A DNA stretch of 55,762 nt from a virus (Duplodnaviria > Caudoviricetes): the IMG/VR virus record IMGVR_UViG_3300023055_000266, positions 1-55,762 of that record. One strand, 5' to 3'. The notes below the pieces were generated by a model that was not told the origin of the DNA, did no database searches, and saw only the letters and a program-made list of their open reading frames with translations. Positions 46,609 to 54,463 of this stretch are shown piece after piece; position 1 is the first letter of the stretch; each line of letters starts with the position of its first letter. The position numbers and the translations under genes were made by a program.

Positions 46609-46987
46609 CTTGCACCTCGCTTTCATGAATATTGCCTATAACCTCAATAGTGTGACCAACATAATTGGATAGGTACAAAGGGGCGTCATCTTTATCTGAC
46701 ACATTGATAGTGGAAAAGCAGGCGTGATAAAAAATGACTTTTTCAGTAAATTCCGAGTGTGATCCTGCAAAACTTATTACTCTTTTTAATAAGTCACCTT
46801 CATAGACTTCATTAAGGTTTTTATCAAATAATCCCGTGAATTGACCTAGTGTTGACTCAATTACGATTGAAGTATCAACACCGTCTAATGTGGTTATGTA
46901 GCAAGTACCTAGAAAATCTTTGCTGAAATAACCATAATGCCAAAAACCGTTGGCATCTTGTCCCCTGAATTTTACTACTCTAGTCAT
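46601..46987 (-). CDS. YopX family protein
   Basis: VKFRG, TLGQFTGLFDKN..VYEGD, EVIGNIHE. Confidence 0.9.
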   Translation of the reverse strand: MTRVVKFRGQDANGFWHYGYFSKDFLGTCYITTLDGVDTSIVIESTLGQFTGLFDKNLNEVYEGDLLKRVISFAGSHSEFTEKVIFYHACFSTINVSDKDDAPLYLSNYVGHTIEVIGNIHESEVQDA

Positions 46988-47014
46988 ATCTAAATATTTA
47001 TTGATGATTTAATT

Positions 47015-47206
47015 TTAAGCAGTTAACATTCTAGCCATAGCGCTAACTATGTCATTATATTGCTTTTCGATTATTTGATGAATTTGAACCGTATAAGAAG
47101 AATTAGCTGTTTTTTGAAATGCCTTTTCTTTAGTGACAAATTCGTGTGTTAAACCTTCGCAAATAAGCTTTCCAGCTATGCGATCAATTAATGATACTTT
47201 GTTCAT
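47015..47206 (-). CDS. Hypothetical protein downstream of the structured leader
   Basis: ATG directly follows AAAAGTAACACACAC. Confidence 0.6.
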   Translation of the reverse strand: MNKVSLIDRIAGKLICEGLTHEFVTKEKAFQKTANSSYTVQIHQIIEKQYNDIVSAMARMLTA

Positions 47207-47225
47207 GTGTGTGTTACTTTTGCAT

Positions 47226-47316
47226 AAAAGCCCTAATACGAATCTGTAGTAGCATTACATCTTCGAAAAGGGCTTTAAATATTGTATAGAATAAGTTGTT
47301 TGGCAATGCTACTGCC
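47226..47316 (-). promoter_or_regulatory. Structured leader with two hairpins whose 7 nt loops are complementary
   Basis: GGCA-GTAGCAT-TGCC, and TGTA-ATGCTAC-TACA capping an AAAGCCCT/AGGGCTTTT terminator-like stem. Confidence 0.65.
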
Positions 47317-47347
47317 TATTTGTATCGTTAGATCACTTACAACACTG

Positions 47348-47378
47348 CAAATATAATATTATATGTTTATATATCAAA
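47348..47378 (-). promoter_or_regulatory. Sigma-A-type promoter with operator-like box
   Basis: Minus strand TTTG-N19-TATATTTG. Confidence 0.7.
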
Positions 47379-47413
47379 TATAATTTATTGATATATTTTG
47401 AAATAAAAAAACA

Positions 47414-47728
47414 TTACCTAAAGCCTCGAGGTTTCTTTATTTCTATTTTATTATAATTGACAATGTCCGACTTTTTAAAATATACCTTTGTTCCTATTTT
47501 TTGAAATGGGATAGTCATATCTCTTTTCCATCGGTGCAGGGTATTCGCTTTTACTTTCAGGAATGTACATGCTTCTTGAAAATTCATCAATTCATCATCT
47601 CCATCAGGAAGGGTAGGGGCTGACTCATATTTTGCTTTGAGATCAGACATTTCTTTTTCGATCCGTTCAAGCTTTTCAAGCATCACACCTATCATTGCAG
47701 GCATCCCCTCTAGGGTATAGTTACTCAC
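47414..47728 (-). CDS. Excisionase-like HTH_17 protein
   Basis: LMNFQEACTFLKVKANTLHRW..IPFQKIGTKVYFKKSDI. Confidence 0.85.
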   Translation of the reverse strand: MSNYTLEGMPAMIGVMLEKLERIEKEMSDLKAKYESAPTLPDGDDELMNFQEACTFLKVKANTLHRWKRDMTIPFQKIGTKVYFKKSDIVNYNKIEIKKPRGFR

Positions 47729-48215
47729 TTTTCACCTCCTTTTCTTTTTTAACAGGTTGCTTAGGTTCATTTTTAACAAACACACCATTCACCATTTTAC
47801 CGGTCCGCTTTGAAATTACTTCATAAGCAGATTGTGTACATTCCTCTAAGGTCAGTCCATTCTCCTTAGCCACTCTCTCAAGCATTTCTTGTGCGCGAAT
47901 GATATCTACAGAAACTTCCTTATTTCGGCATATATTTTGGAAGATCTCAACAATCCAGTTGATTGTCATAAAGATTCTGGACTTACTTAATGCTTCATCA
48001 CTTTTCATTAACAAAGCAAGTTGATTAAGAATGATCAAAGTAATATTGGTATCTCCAATAGAGTCCTTAATCTCAGCATCATTCTTTTGAACCAAAGCGG
48101 TCACAAGCTCTGTAACCTCCTCAAATGTTTTTGTTAATTGGTTTAAAGGAGTAGAGTTATTCATTATTCCTTTATCTTCTGCCCATTGTAGGACCTTATT
48201 ATTTAAATCTTGCAT
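47721..48215 (-). CDS. MazG-like nucleotide pyrophosphohydrolase
   Basis: WAEDKG, KTFEEVTEL, DSIGD, ECTQSAYEVISKRTGKMVNGVFVK. Confidence 0.85.
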   Translation of the reverse strand: MQDLNNKVLQWAEDKGIMNNSTPLNQLTKTFEEVTELVTALVQKNDAEIKDSIGDTNITLIILNQLALLMKSDEALSKSRIFMTINWIVEIFQNICRNKEVSVDIIRAQEMLERVAKENGLTLEECTQSAYEVISKRTGKMVNGVFVKNEPKQPVKKEKEVKSE

Positions 48216-48238
48216 GTTACTTTATTTTATGGTTAAAA

Positions 48239-48610
48239 TTAGAATGGCAAATCATCATCATCCGATCCCGACAAATCAACTGGTGCAGGCAAATTATTAT
48301 AATCCGGCTGCACATTGTTTTGAGCCTGTGTTGACAAAGGGCTAACCCTCCATGCATTTAACGAATTGAAATAGGTGGTTTCCCCTTCTTTATTAGTCCA
48401 GGGACGGCCACGTAAGTTGAAATCAACACTTACTTCTTGTCCAATTGAAAGGTTATCGAAAATTGATACCTTATCCTGCATTACTTGAAAGGTGATGTAT
48501 TCAACAAATTGCGGATTTTCAGCATAAGCCAAAACCATTTCTCTTTTTTTGAAGCTTTCAGTTACTTGTTGAGTTGCTCCGATCTCGTGTACTTTTCCTC
48601 TTACTTCCAT
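48239..48610 (-). CDS. Single-stranded DNA-binding protein (DUF3127-like)
   Basis: FKKRE, FNLRGRPW, YFNSLNAWR; acidic DDDLPF tail. Confidence 0.85.
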   Translation of the reverse strand: MEVRGKVHEIGATQQVTESFKKREMVLAYAENPQFVEYITFQVMQDKVSIFDNLSIGQEVSVDFNLRGRPWTNKEGETTYFNSLNAWRVSPLSTQAQNNVQPDYNNLPAPVDLSGSDDDDLPF

Positions 48611-48614
48611 AATA

Positions 48615-49010
48615 TTATGTTTCTTGATATCTTGTTTGTCCCAATTCGTGTTTGATGAAAGAAAGGATAGTTCTAAGACTATCGATAGAGTGGCTTATGT
48701 TAGCCACATATCTTTCAATTAGGTTTAATTGGAAAACCTCGTCGTTTGCCAGCTCTAAAAAGATTGACTTTCTATCTGTGGCAGAATATGAATTATAAAG
48801 ACCACTGACTAAAAGAGTAGCTATCTTTTTGTTGTGCAACTTTTTTGCTACTGCTAAGCAATAAGATGCTGTACTTTGTAATGATGCAAGTTCCTGGAGC
48901 TTACCAAGAACCTCATCGGGATTTTCTCGATCGATAGTCTCGCCAATAGCTTCACCGATCTGAGTGATCAAAATCTCCTGTTTGGCCATTTCCTTGTTGT
49001 GGTCTTCCAT
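48615..49010 (-). CDS. Hypothetical protein
   Basis: HSIDSLRTILSFIK motif; helical. Confidence 0.65.
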   Translation of the reverse strand: MEDHNKEMAKQEILITQIGEAIGETIDRENPDEVLGKLQELASLQSTASYCLAVAKKLHNKKIATLLVSGLYNSYSATDRKSIFLELANDEVFQLNLIERYVANISHSIDSLRTILSFIKHELGQTRYQET

Positions 49011-49179
49011 GGTGCTCTATTTGTTTAATAATCATTGACAATTGCCTTGCATTTACAAGAAGGGTAACTTTATCAGTTTCACCCTTAACAAGGTTTTCAG
49101 TAGCGCATTTCTCGATCTTTTCGATCAATTTATTAGCATTGCTTAGTAAGCAATCTAATGACGTGTTTATATCTTGCAT
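48952..49179 (-). CDS. Hypothetical protein
   Basis: ORF bridging neighbouring genes. Confidence 0.5.
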   Translation of the reverse strand: MQDINTSLDCLLSNANKLIEKIEKCATENLVKGETDKVTLLVNARQLSMIIKQIEHHGRPQQGNGQTGDFDHSDR

Positions 49180-49739
49180 AGCCTGTAATAAATTTCACGG
49201 GTTAATTCAACGTCGTAAAGTGCATCGTGAAGCCTTGAAGGATTTACTTCAATTTTCAACTTTTCAGCTACTGTAGACAATTTAAAGTTGATCATATCAG
49301 ATCTAAGGTCTTTAAATTCGTGAGTTGCCAAAGCGCTAACATCAATACTATTGCCCCAAAACCATGAAAAGAAATAATCATCGCCACATTGTTTAAACCA
49401 AGCATTTGTAAATGGATCGTCAAAACCTAAATTTCTAAATCCACAAAGGAACATCTTATCCTTTTTATCAAACTTATTGACATACTTTGAAAGGATTTTG
49501 ATTAATTCTTTATACCCTTCTTCCATTGAAAGTGTGTAGCTATCTAGGTCTTCACGAGTTATACTTGCTATTTTTAAAGCGTCGTCATCAATTAAAGCCT
49601 TTGGATTTGGTCGCATTTTGAAATTAAATGTTTCCATTATTACGCCGTCAATCTCAATTATACCTGATATTTGATGAATACCATGTTTCCAAAACATGGT
49701 GCCCGTCGTTTCTAAATCGTAAAAAAATATTTTAGCCAT
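49167..49739 (-). CDS. DEDDh 3'-5' exonuclease
   Basis: YDLETTG, FDD, HDALYD. Confidence 0.9.
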   Translation of the reverse strand: MAKIFFYDLETTGTMFWKHGIHQISGIIEIDGVIMETFNFKMRPNPKALIDDDALKIASITREDLDSYTLSMEEGYKELIKILSKYVNKFDKKDKMFLCGFRNLGFDDPFTNAWFKQCGDDYFFSWFWGNSIDVSALATHEFKDLRSDMINFKLSTVAEKLKIEVNPSRLHDALYDVELTREIYYRLCKI

Positions 49740-50112
49740 TTTGATTACCAGTTGTGAAGTTAAAATTTGGACATTCATATTTATTTGCTACATATCGAAT
49801 GTTGCGTGTGGTTGATGACTCTAATGTTCTTCTAAACATTCGGTATGGTGGATAATTATTTAACATATCGGGATAAGAGACAAACCAACAAAACTCAAGC
49901 CTTGAATACTGTAGAAAACCATAAGCGCCATCAGAATCGACTACTATATCATTTTCAAATAAATCTTTCCATTCACTATTTCGATTGATGGACTTAGGAT
50001 CAATGTCTTCCTTTTTAAGGGTATCAATGTTTAATATAACATTTTCATCTATTAGAATGCCGAATACCCAAGTTCCTAGAGATTTCGAATACCCTTTGAA
50101 TAATTTTTTCAT
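49732..50112 (-). CDS. Divergent YopX-like protein
   Basis: LFKG..WVFG, LFENDIV, YVANKYECP. Confidence 0.55.
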   Translation of the reverse strand: MKKLFKGYSKSLGTWVFGILIDENVILNIDTLKKEDIDPKSINRNSEWKDLFENDIVVDSDGAYGFLQYSRLEFCWFVSYPDMLNNYPPYRMFRRTLESSTTRNIRYVANKYECPNFNFTTGNQNG

Positions 50113-50115
50113 TTT

Positions 50116-50982
50116 CTAAACCAAATATGGTGGAAGATCCATTTTATAAACCCCTTCTTCTGTACTGGCACGGTATTCAAAAGATTGATCAAAGTTTTTT
50201 GATTTAAGACATTGCTTAAATTCCTTAACCAATTGCTCGAAAATCGAAATACCTTTCATTACAAGATCTTCCATAAGGTGATGTACAGATACTTCGCATT
50301 CACGATCAACGGCTATGATAAAATAAGGTAATATTTCACCTACTGCAGTTTCATATACCCCCGATTGAAGGTGATAATTTTGGTAAATTATATCACGTTG
50401 AAATTTTCGAGGTTCAGCATCTGCACAAATTTTTAAGTCCAAAATAACTTCACCGATACCATCTAAGTAGGAAACGAATTTAATTCCGTCATGTTCCCAT
50501 TCGATTTTGTGTTCTGTTTGGTGGATTTTGCTAAGGACTTCTGCTGCAGCTCTATTGTTAAGTACAGCATTAGCCATACGTTCACCAAGTTTAAAAGAAT
50601 CAGCTGAAATAAGCTCTTTGTTAGGATATAAGCTGATCTGCTCTGCTTTCCATTCTTTATAAAGTTTGGTTGCCCGTGGGCTTGCGCCACCTATTTCTTT
50701 TACCTTTACTTCATCGGTAAAGAATAGATCTTGTACTTTTTCAGGTTCTAAGACTAAAGCATGTACCAATTTACCTAAAAGCATTGCATCTGTGGTCTCA
50801 AATGCTTTCATTTTATAATTAATAAAAGCATTAGGGCTTCTTCTAAATTTTGACAAAGCAGAATAGCTTAATTTAGCCTCACCTTTGTTGAATTTTTTGA
50901 TCAAATCCTTAATAAAGATCTTTCTTTTATCAGCCTCGGATAATACCTTATCCGAGGTGTTAATTTCTTGTGTTAATACCAT
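50116..50982 (-). CDS. PD-(D/E)XK exonuclease (RecE/DUF3799-like)
   Basis: LSYSAL, AMLLGKLVHALVLEP, LD..LDLK, YHLQSGVY. Confidence 0.85.
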   Translation of the reverse strand: MVLTQEINTSDKVLSEADKRKIFIKDLIKKFNKGEAKLSYSALSKFRRSPNAFINYKMKAFETTDAMLLGKLVHALVLEPEKVQDLFFTDEVKVKEIGGASPRATKLYKEWKAEQISLYPNKELISADSFKLGERMANAVLNNRAAAEVLSKIHQTEHKIEWEHDGIKFVSYLDGIGEVILDLKICADAEPRKFQRDIIYQNYHLQSGVYETAVGEILPYFIIAVDRECEVSVHHLMEDLVMKGISIFEQLVKEFKQCLKSKNFDQSFEYRASTEEGVYKMDLPPYLV

Positions 50983-50984
50983 TT

Positions 50985-51752
50985 TTAAGCTGTTTGTTGG
51001 GTTGTGTTACTTTTTTTTAGCGCTTCTTTAACTTTAGTGAATTTTGCTACAAATTCTTTGTTAGTGTGAAGTAGGTTCACTGAGTTGAAAATTTGCGTCA
51101 ATTCTTGTAAAGTGTTTACGAACTCTATTCTTTTTTCAGTGATTATTTTCAGAAAATCAACATTTTCGTGCAGTTTTACATTGTTGTTCCAAATTGTATT
51201 TAAGGATTCAACATCTTTTACCGAATTGATCACTTTAGGCAATCCAGGTGCTAAACCTATTGGCGTTGGTTCTTCTTGAGGCTCGTTCGCGTCAGGGACT
51301 TCGCCGTATTTACCGCTGTGTCCCATATAAACATCGCCAGCTACACCGATCATTTTTGCAGCCACTGATATAGCATCAGTATAAGCCATTTTCTGCGCCT
51401 CGTCGGAAACGTAAACACCTTTAGCTTCTATGGTAGAAAACATTGATCCGCCAAATCCTGGAATCGGATCTGACCATTTATTTCCATGCTTAAAAACCAA
51501 CTCTAAAGAACAGTTGCAAACAATTTCATCACCTTTGGAATCGTGAGTAAATGTAACATTTTGAACTTTCCAGCCTATACCACATGGACCGAACTGCTCT
51601 GTAAGAGCCATTATTCGCCACTGAGGTTTTATATCACTCATGCCTTTTAATCGTCCACCAGTTATTTTTTTTAGGTATTCTTCAGGAACTGATTTAAGAG
51701 CATTATATATGTCTAAGTTTGTGTTTTGAGCATTATCTTCGGACTTTTTCAT
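50985..51752 (-). CDS. Single-strand annealing protein (Rad52/Sak-like)
   Basis: GRLKGMSDIKPQWRI..FGPCGIGW, DEAQKMAYTDAISVA..IGVAGDVY; paired with the exonuclease. Confidence 0.75.
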   Translation of the reverse strand: MKKSEDNAQNTNLDIYNALKSVPEEYLKKITGGRLKGMSDIKPQWRIMALTEQFGPCGIGWKVQNVTFTHDSKGDEIVCNCSLELVFKHGNKWSDPIPGFGGSMFSTIEAKGVYVSDEAQKMAYTDAISVAAKMIGVAGDVYMGHSGKYGEVPDANEPQEEPTPIGLAPGLPKVINSVKDVESLNTIWNNNVKLHENVDFLKIITEKRIEFVNTLQELTQIFNSVNLLHTNKEFVAKFTKVKEALKKSNTTQQTA

Positions 51753-51759
51753 GATATGG

Positions 51760-51921
51760 TTATTTGTAAGGTTGAATGATAAATAATAATAATACAGCAG
51801 ATACAATTGCAAAAATTGCAGTGATCTGTAAAAGGAAGTAAAAACCGTCTTTGATCAACGATTTTTCCTCGTCAGTTAACCTAGCTTCTAGGCTTCTAAA
51901 ATAATGTGTTAATGGTTTCAT
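51760..51921 (-). CDS. Small protein with C-terminal TM (missing from ORF track)
   Basis: 53 aa MKPLTHYFRSLEARL...ITAIFAIVSAVLLLFIIQPYK; ATG follows AAAAGTAACACACAC. Confidence 0.65.
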   Translation of the reverse strand: MKPLTHYFRSLEARLTDEEKSLIKDGFYFLLQITAIFAIVSAVLLLFIIQPYK

Positions 51922-51953
51922 GTGTGTGTTACTTTTAATGTGTAGAAATATAT

Positions 51954-52136
51954 CTAGTATGCCTTTTTGATATATTCGGATTCAATTTTTTTTTCATCGT
52001 GATGATCGAACCAATCTTCGTAAATGGTTTCAACCCCATCAATAACCTTTATAAAAATCACCTCTGTTCCGTGAGGTAGCTTTTTAAATATCATAGCGTC
52101 ATACATATAGTGGTACGTATTGCATAATAAGCTCAT
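51954..52136 (-). CDS. Hypothetical protein
   Basis: Short ORF; start may be ~52102. Confidence 0.45.
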   Translation of the reverse strand: MSLLCNTYHYMYDAMIFKKLPHGTEVIFIKVIDGVETIYEDWFDHHDEKKIESEYIKKAY

Positions 52137-52410
52137 TAGCTACCTCTAGGGCGTTTTCTTCGGCTACTTTGCAGTCGAAATTAGGATCATTTGGATGGAC
52201 TTTAATCTCTCTGAATTGTGGATATTCATATCCTGAAACACGTTCTTGGCTTTGATGAACATATTCAACATTGATACTAATGATTTCTTCTTCATTAAAA
52301 AAGCCATCATTATACTTAGATACTTCTACATAATAAACTGTAATACTTTCACTAGAAGACTCTTTGTCGACGAGGACAAACTTTTCGTTGATAATTGTTA
52401 AATCTTTCAT
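52099..52410 (-). CDS. Hypothetical protein, first gene of the early leftward operon
   Basis: ATG at 52410 after the leader and the promoter at 52500-52507. Confidence 0.6.
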   Translation of the reverse strand: MKDLTIINEKFVLVDKESSSESITVYYVEVSKYNDGFFNEEEIISINVEYVHQSQERVSGYEYPQFREIKVHPNDPNFDCKVAEENALEVANELIMQYVPLYV

Positions 52411-52499
52411 AACTTTACGATGTGTTAAAAAATGCATGCCCTTTCGGGTGTGTGTTACTTTTGCAGAGCCCTACAATCGTGGGGCTTTGTTTTGATATT

Positions 52500-52531
52500 C
52501 AAAGATACAATTAAATACAATTAGATACAAC
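52500..52531 (-). promoter_or_regulatory. Early promoter overlapped by ATACAA direct repeats
   Basis: Minus strand TATCTTTG; ATACAA at 52505, 52515 and 52525. Confidence 0.65.
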
Positions 52532-52574
52532 TTAGATTGTAAAATATTTTATTATTTTTTTCTGCGTGTCTTGT

Positions 52575-52778
52575 CTACGACAATCGCCAGACGTTAATTG
52601 TACCATTTATTACTTTCGTACGAAATTTTATTCCTTTATTTTCCTTTTGTATTTTTCTGATCTCACCCCTTATATATGCTTTCTTTGAAGCTATGTCCTG
52701 CAAACACTGTACTTTAACCTTAAGTGATAGTAAAGCCTCCTTACAAGATGGTTGTATTTGTTTGTCTATAATTTTCAT
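52575..52778 (-). CDS. Cro-like small basic regulator
   Basis: 67 aa, basic, divergent from cI. Confidence 0.55.
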   Translation of the reverse strand: MKIIDKQIQPSCKEALLSLKVKVQCLQDIASKKAYIRGEIRKIQKENKGIKFRTKVINGTINVWRLS

Positions 52779-52875
52779 ATATTGTATATTGGTATTATAT
52801 TTGTTATATGCGGATTGTCATATATTATATGTAAAAATACAATTAAATACATTTAAAAACAATAGTATTTGTCTG

Positions 52876-53682
52876 ATGTTAGAAAATTTACGAACAGCAA
52901 TTAGGGAGAAGTTTATAGAACAAAAGATTGCGGCTGAGGCTTTAGGAATGAACCCTGGAAATCTTAGTAAACTCACATCTACAGATCCAGATAAAGTTGA
53001 TAAGATTCGTCCATCAACTATTGCAAAGATTGAAAGTGTTTTTCCTGAATATAATATTAATTGGATCCTTGGAAAATCTGGACAAAAGTACAGTAGCCAT
53101 TTTCCAGAATTCACAAATAATCGATCTGATGTTGTGAGTAATGGTAATGTGTTAGGTGATATTGCTGACGATGAAATGTCGATGTTTGATGAGGAGGGTA
53201 ATACAAAATTCTATGAGATATCTCCTGGTGTTTACCGGATGAAAGTACCGTTGATTAATGAAACTGCTAAGGCAGGACTATTAACAGGATTTGCGGACGC
53301 TGAGTATATCGATGATCAGGAGTATATTGTTACTACAGTTTATCGATATCATAAAGGAAGATATAAAGCTTTTCGTGTAATAGGGGATAGTATGGATGTT
53401 GATAGGAGGATTACTTTTGTACATGGAGACGTTATTGTAGCACGTGAAATTAAAAAGGATTTTTGGAAATCTAGATTTCATACCCATAAGTACCCGTTCT
53501 ATGTATTTGTAACAAAAAGAGACGGAATTATTTTCAAGGAGCTGATCGATCACGATCTAGAAAACTCCGAAGTAACAGTTCATTCTTTGAATGAGGATAA
53601 AAATTCGTACCCAGATTTTAAAATAAACCTTGAAGATGTAGCTTACATTTTTAATGTTGTAAAAAGAGAAGTAGAGATATGA
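52876..53682 (+). CDS. CI-like repressor (HTH plus S24 peptidase)
   Basis: HTH QKIAAEALGMNPGNLSKL, NINWILG, AG cleavage site (AKAG), FRVIGDSM, IFKEL, HSLN. Confidence 0.9.
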   Translation: MLENLRTAIREKFIEQKIAAEALGMNPGNLSKLTSTDPDKVDKIRPSTIAKIESVFPEYNINWILGKSGQKYSSHFPEFTNNRSDVVSNGNVLGDIADDEMSMFDEEGNTKFYEISPGVYRMKVPLINETAKAGLLTGFADAEYIDDQEYIVTTVYRYHKGRYKAFRVIGDSMDVDRRITFVHGDVIVAREIKKDFWKSRFHTHKYPFYVFVTKRDGIIFKELIDHDLENSEVTVHSLNEDKNSYPDFKINLEDVAYIFNVVKREVEI

Positions 53683-54065
53683 GTATAACAAATGTGAAAG
53701 ACAATATAAATATATCCAGCATTGTGATCGATCACCTGAAGAACAAATCAGTATTTTCAGGCGAAGGCAATGAAATAAGCTTTATTACCGGAACAGATAA
53801 AAGAACATCCATTACAAAGTTGATCATAGTAAATACTTTGTATGCTATGGAGGATAACGATACAGACGAAATCTACGGCACTCTAAATGTAAACATTCAA
53901 GATACTGATACAATTTGGATTGAATACATAGGGGAGTTGATCCAATTATTTTTAGATGAATCGGTAATTGGAAATTATAAATTAGAATATACTACAGAAC
54001 ACCTTTTTAAGGTTTCCAAAGATTTATTTTTTAAAAATCTTAAATTCAAATTTTGTACAATATGA
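53679..54065 (+). CDS. Hypothetical protein co-transcribed with cI
   Basis: ATGA overlap with cI. Confidence 0.6.
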   Translation: MSITNVKDNINISSIVIDHLKNKSVFSGEGNEISFITGTDKRTSITKLIIVNTLYAMEDNDTDEIYGTLNVNIQDTDTIWIEYIGELIQLFLDESVIGNYKLEYTTEHLFKVSKDLFFKNLKFKFCTI

Positions 54066-54436
54066 TCGAAGAAAGTAAAGGCGGTGAATTTAGAGCGGAA
54101 GCTGCAAGATTTATCAAGTTTAGACAAAAATTACAAATATCTCAAGTTGAAATAGCAAAAACGTTAGAAACGAAGCAACCTAATATTAGTAAGATTGAAA
54201 AAGGAGATAGGCCCCTTTCTTTTGCTATGCTCCGAATCCTCAGAACAAAGTATAAATTAAATATCAATTGGTACATCACTGGACAGGGAACAATGCTTAA
54301 CGATCCTGAAGATAAATCGACTTTGATGGCAGATATCAGCACTATCAAAAAGGATTACGAAGATCTTTCAAAGCTTTATGACAATCTCCGTATTACTATG
54401 CAAAAATTGGTTAGAGATTTTTATTCTAAAGACTAA
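54062..54436 (+). CDS. XRE-family HTH regulator
   Basis: ISQVEIAKTLETKQPNISKIEKGDR, NINWYITGQG. Confidence 0.9.
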   Translation: MIEESKGGEFRAEAARFIKFRQKLQISQVEIAKTLETKQPNISKIEKGDRPLSFAMLRILRTKYKLNINWYITGQGTMLNDPEDKSTLMADISTIKKDYEDLSKLYDNLRITMQKLVRDFYSKD

Positions 54437-54463
54437 AGGCTAGATTTAAATATCTAGCCTTTT
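54436..54463. terminator. Bidirectional terminator
   Basis: AAAGGCTAGAT/ATCTAGCCTTT. Confidence 0.7.
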
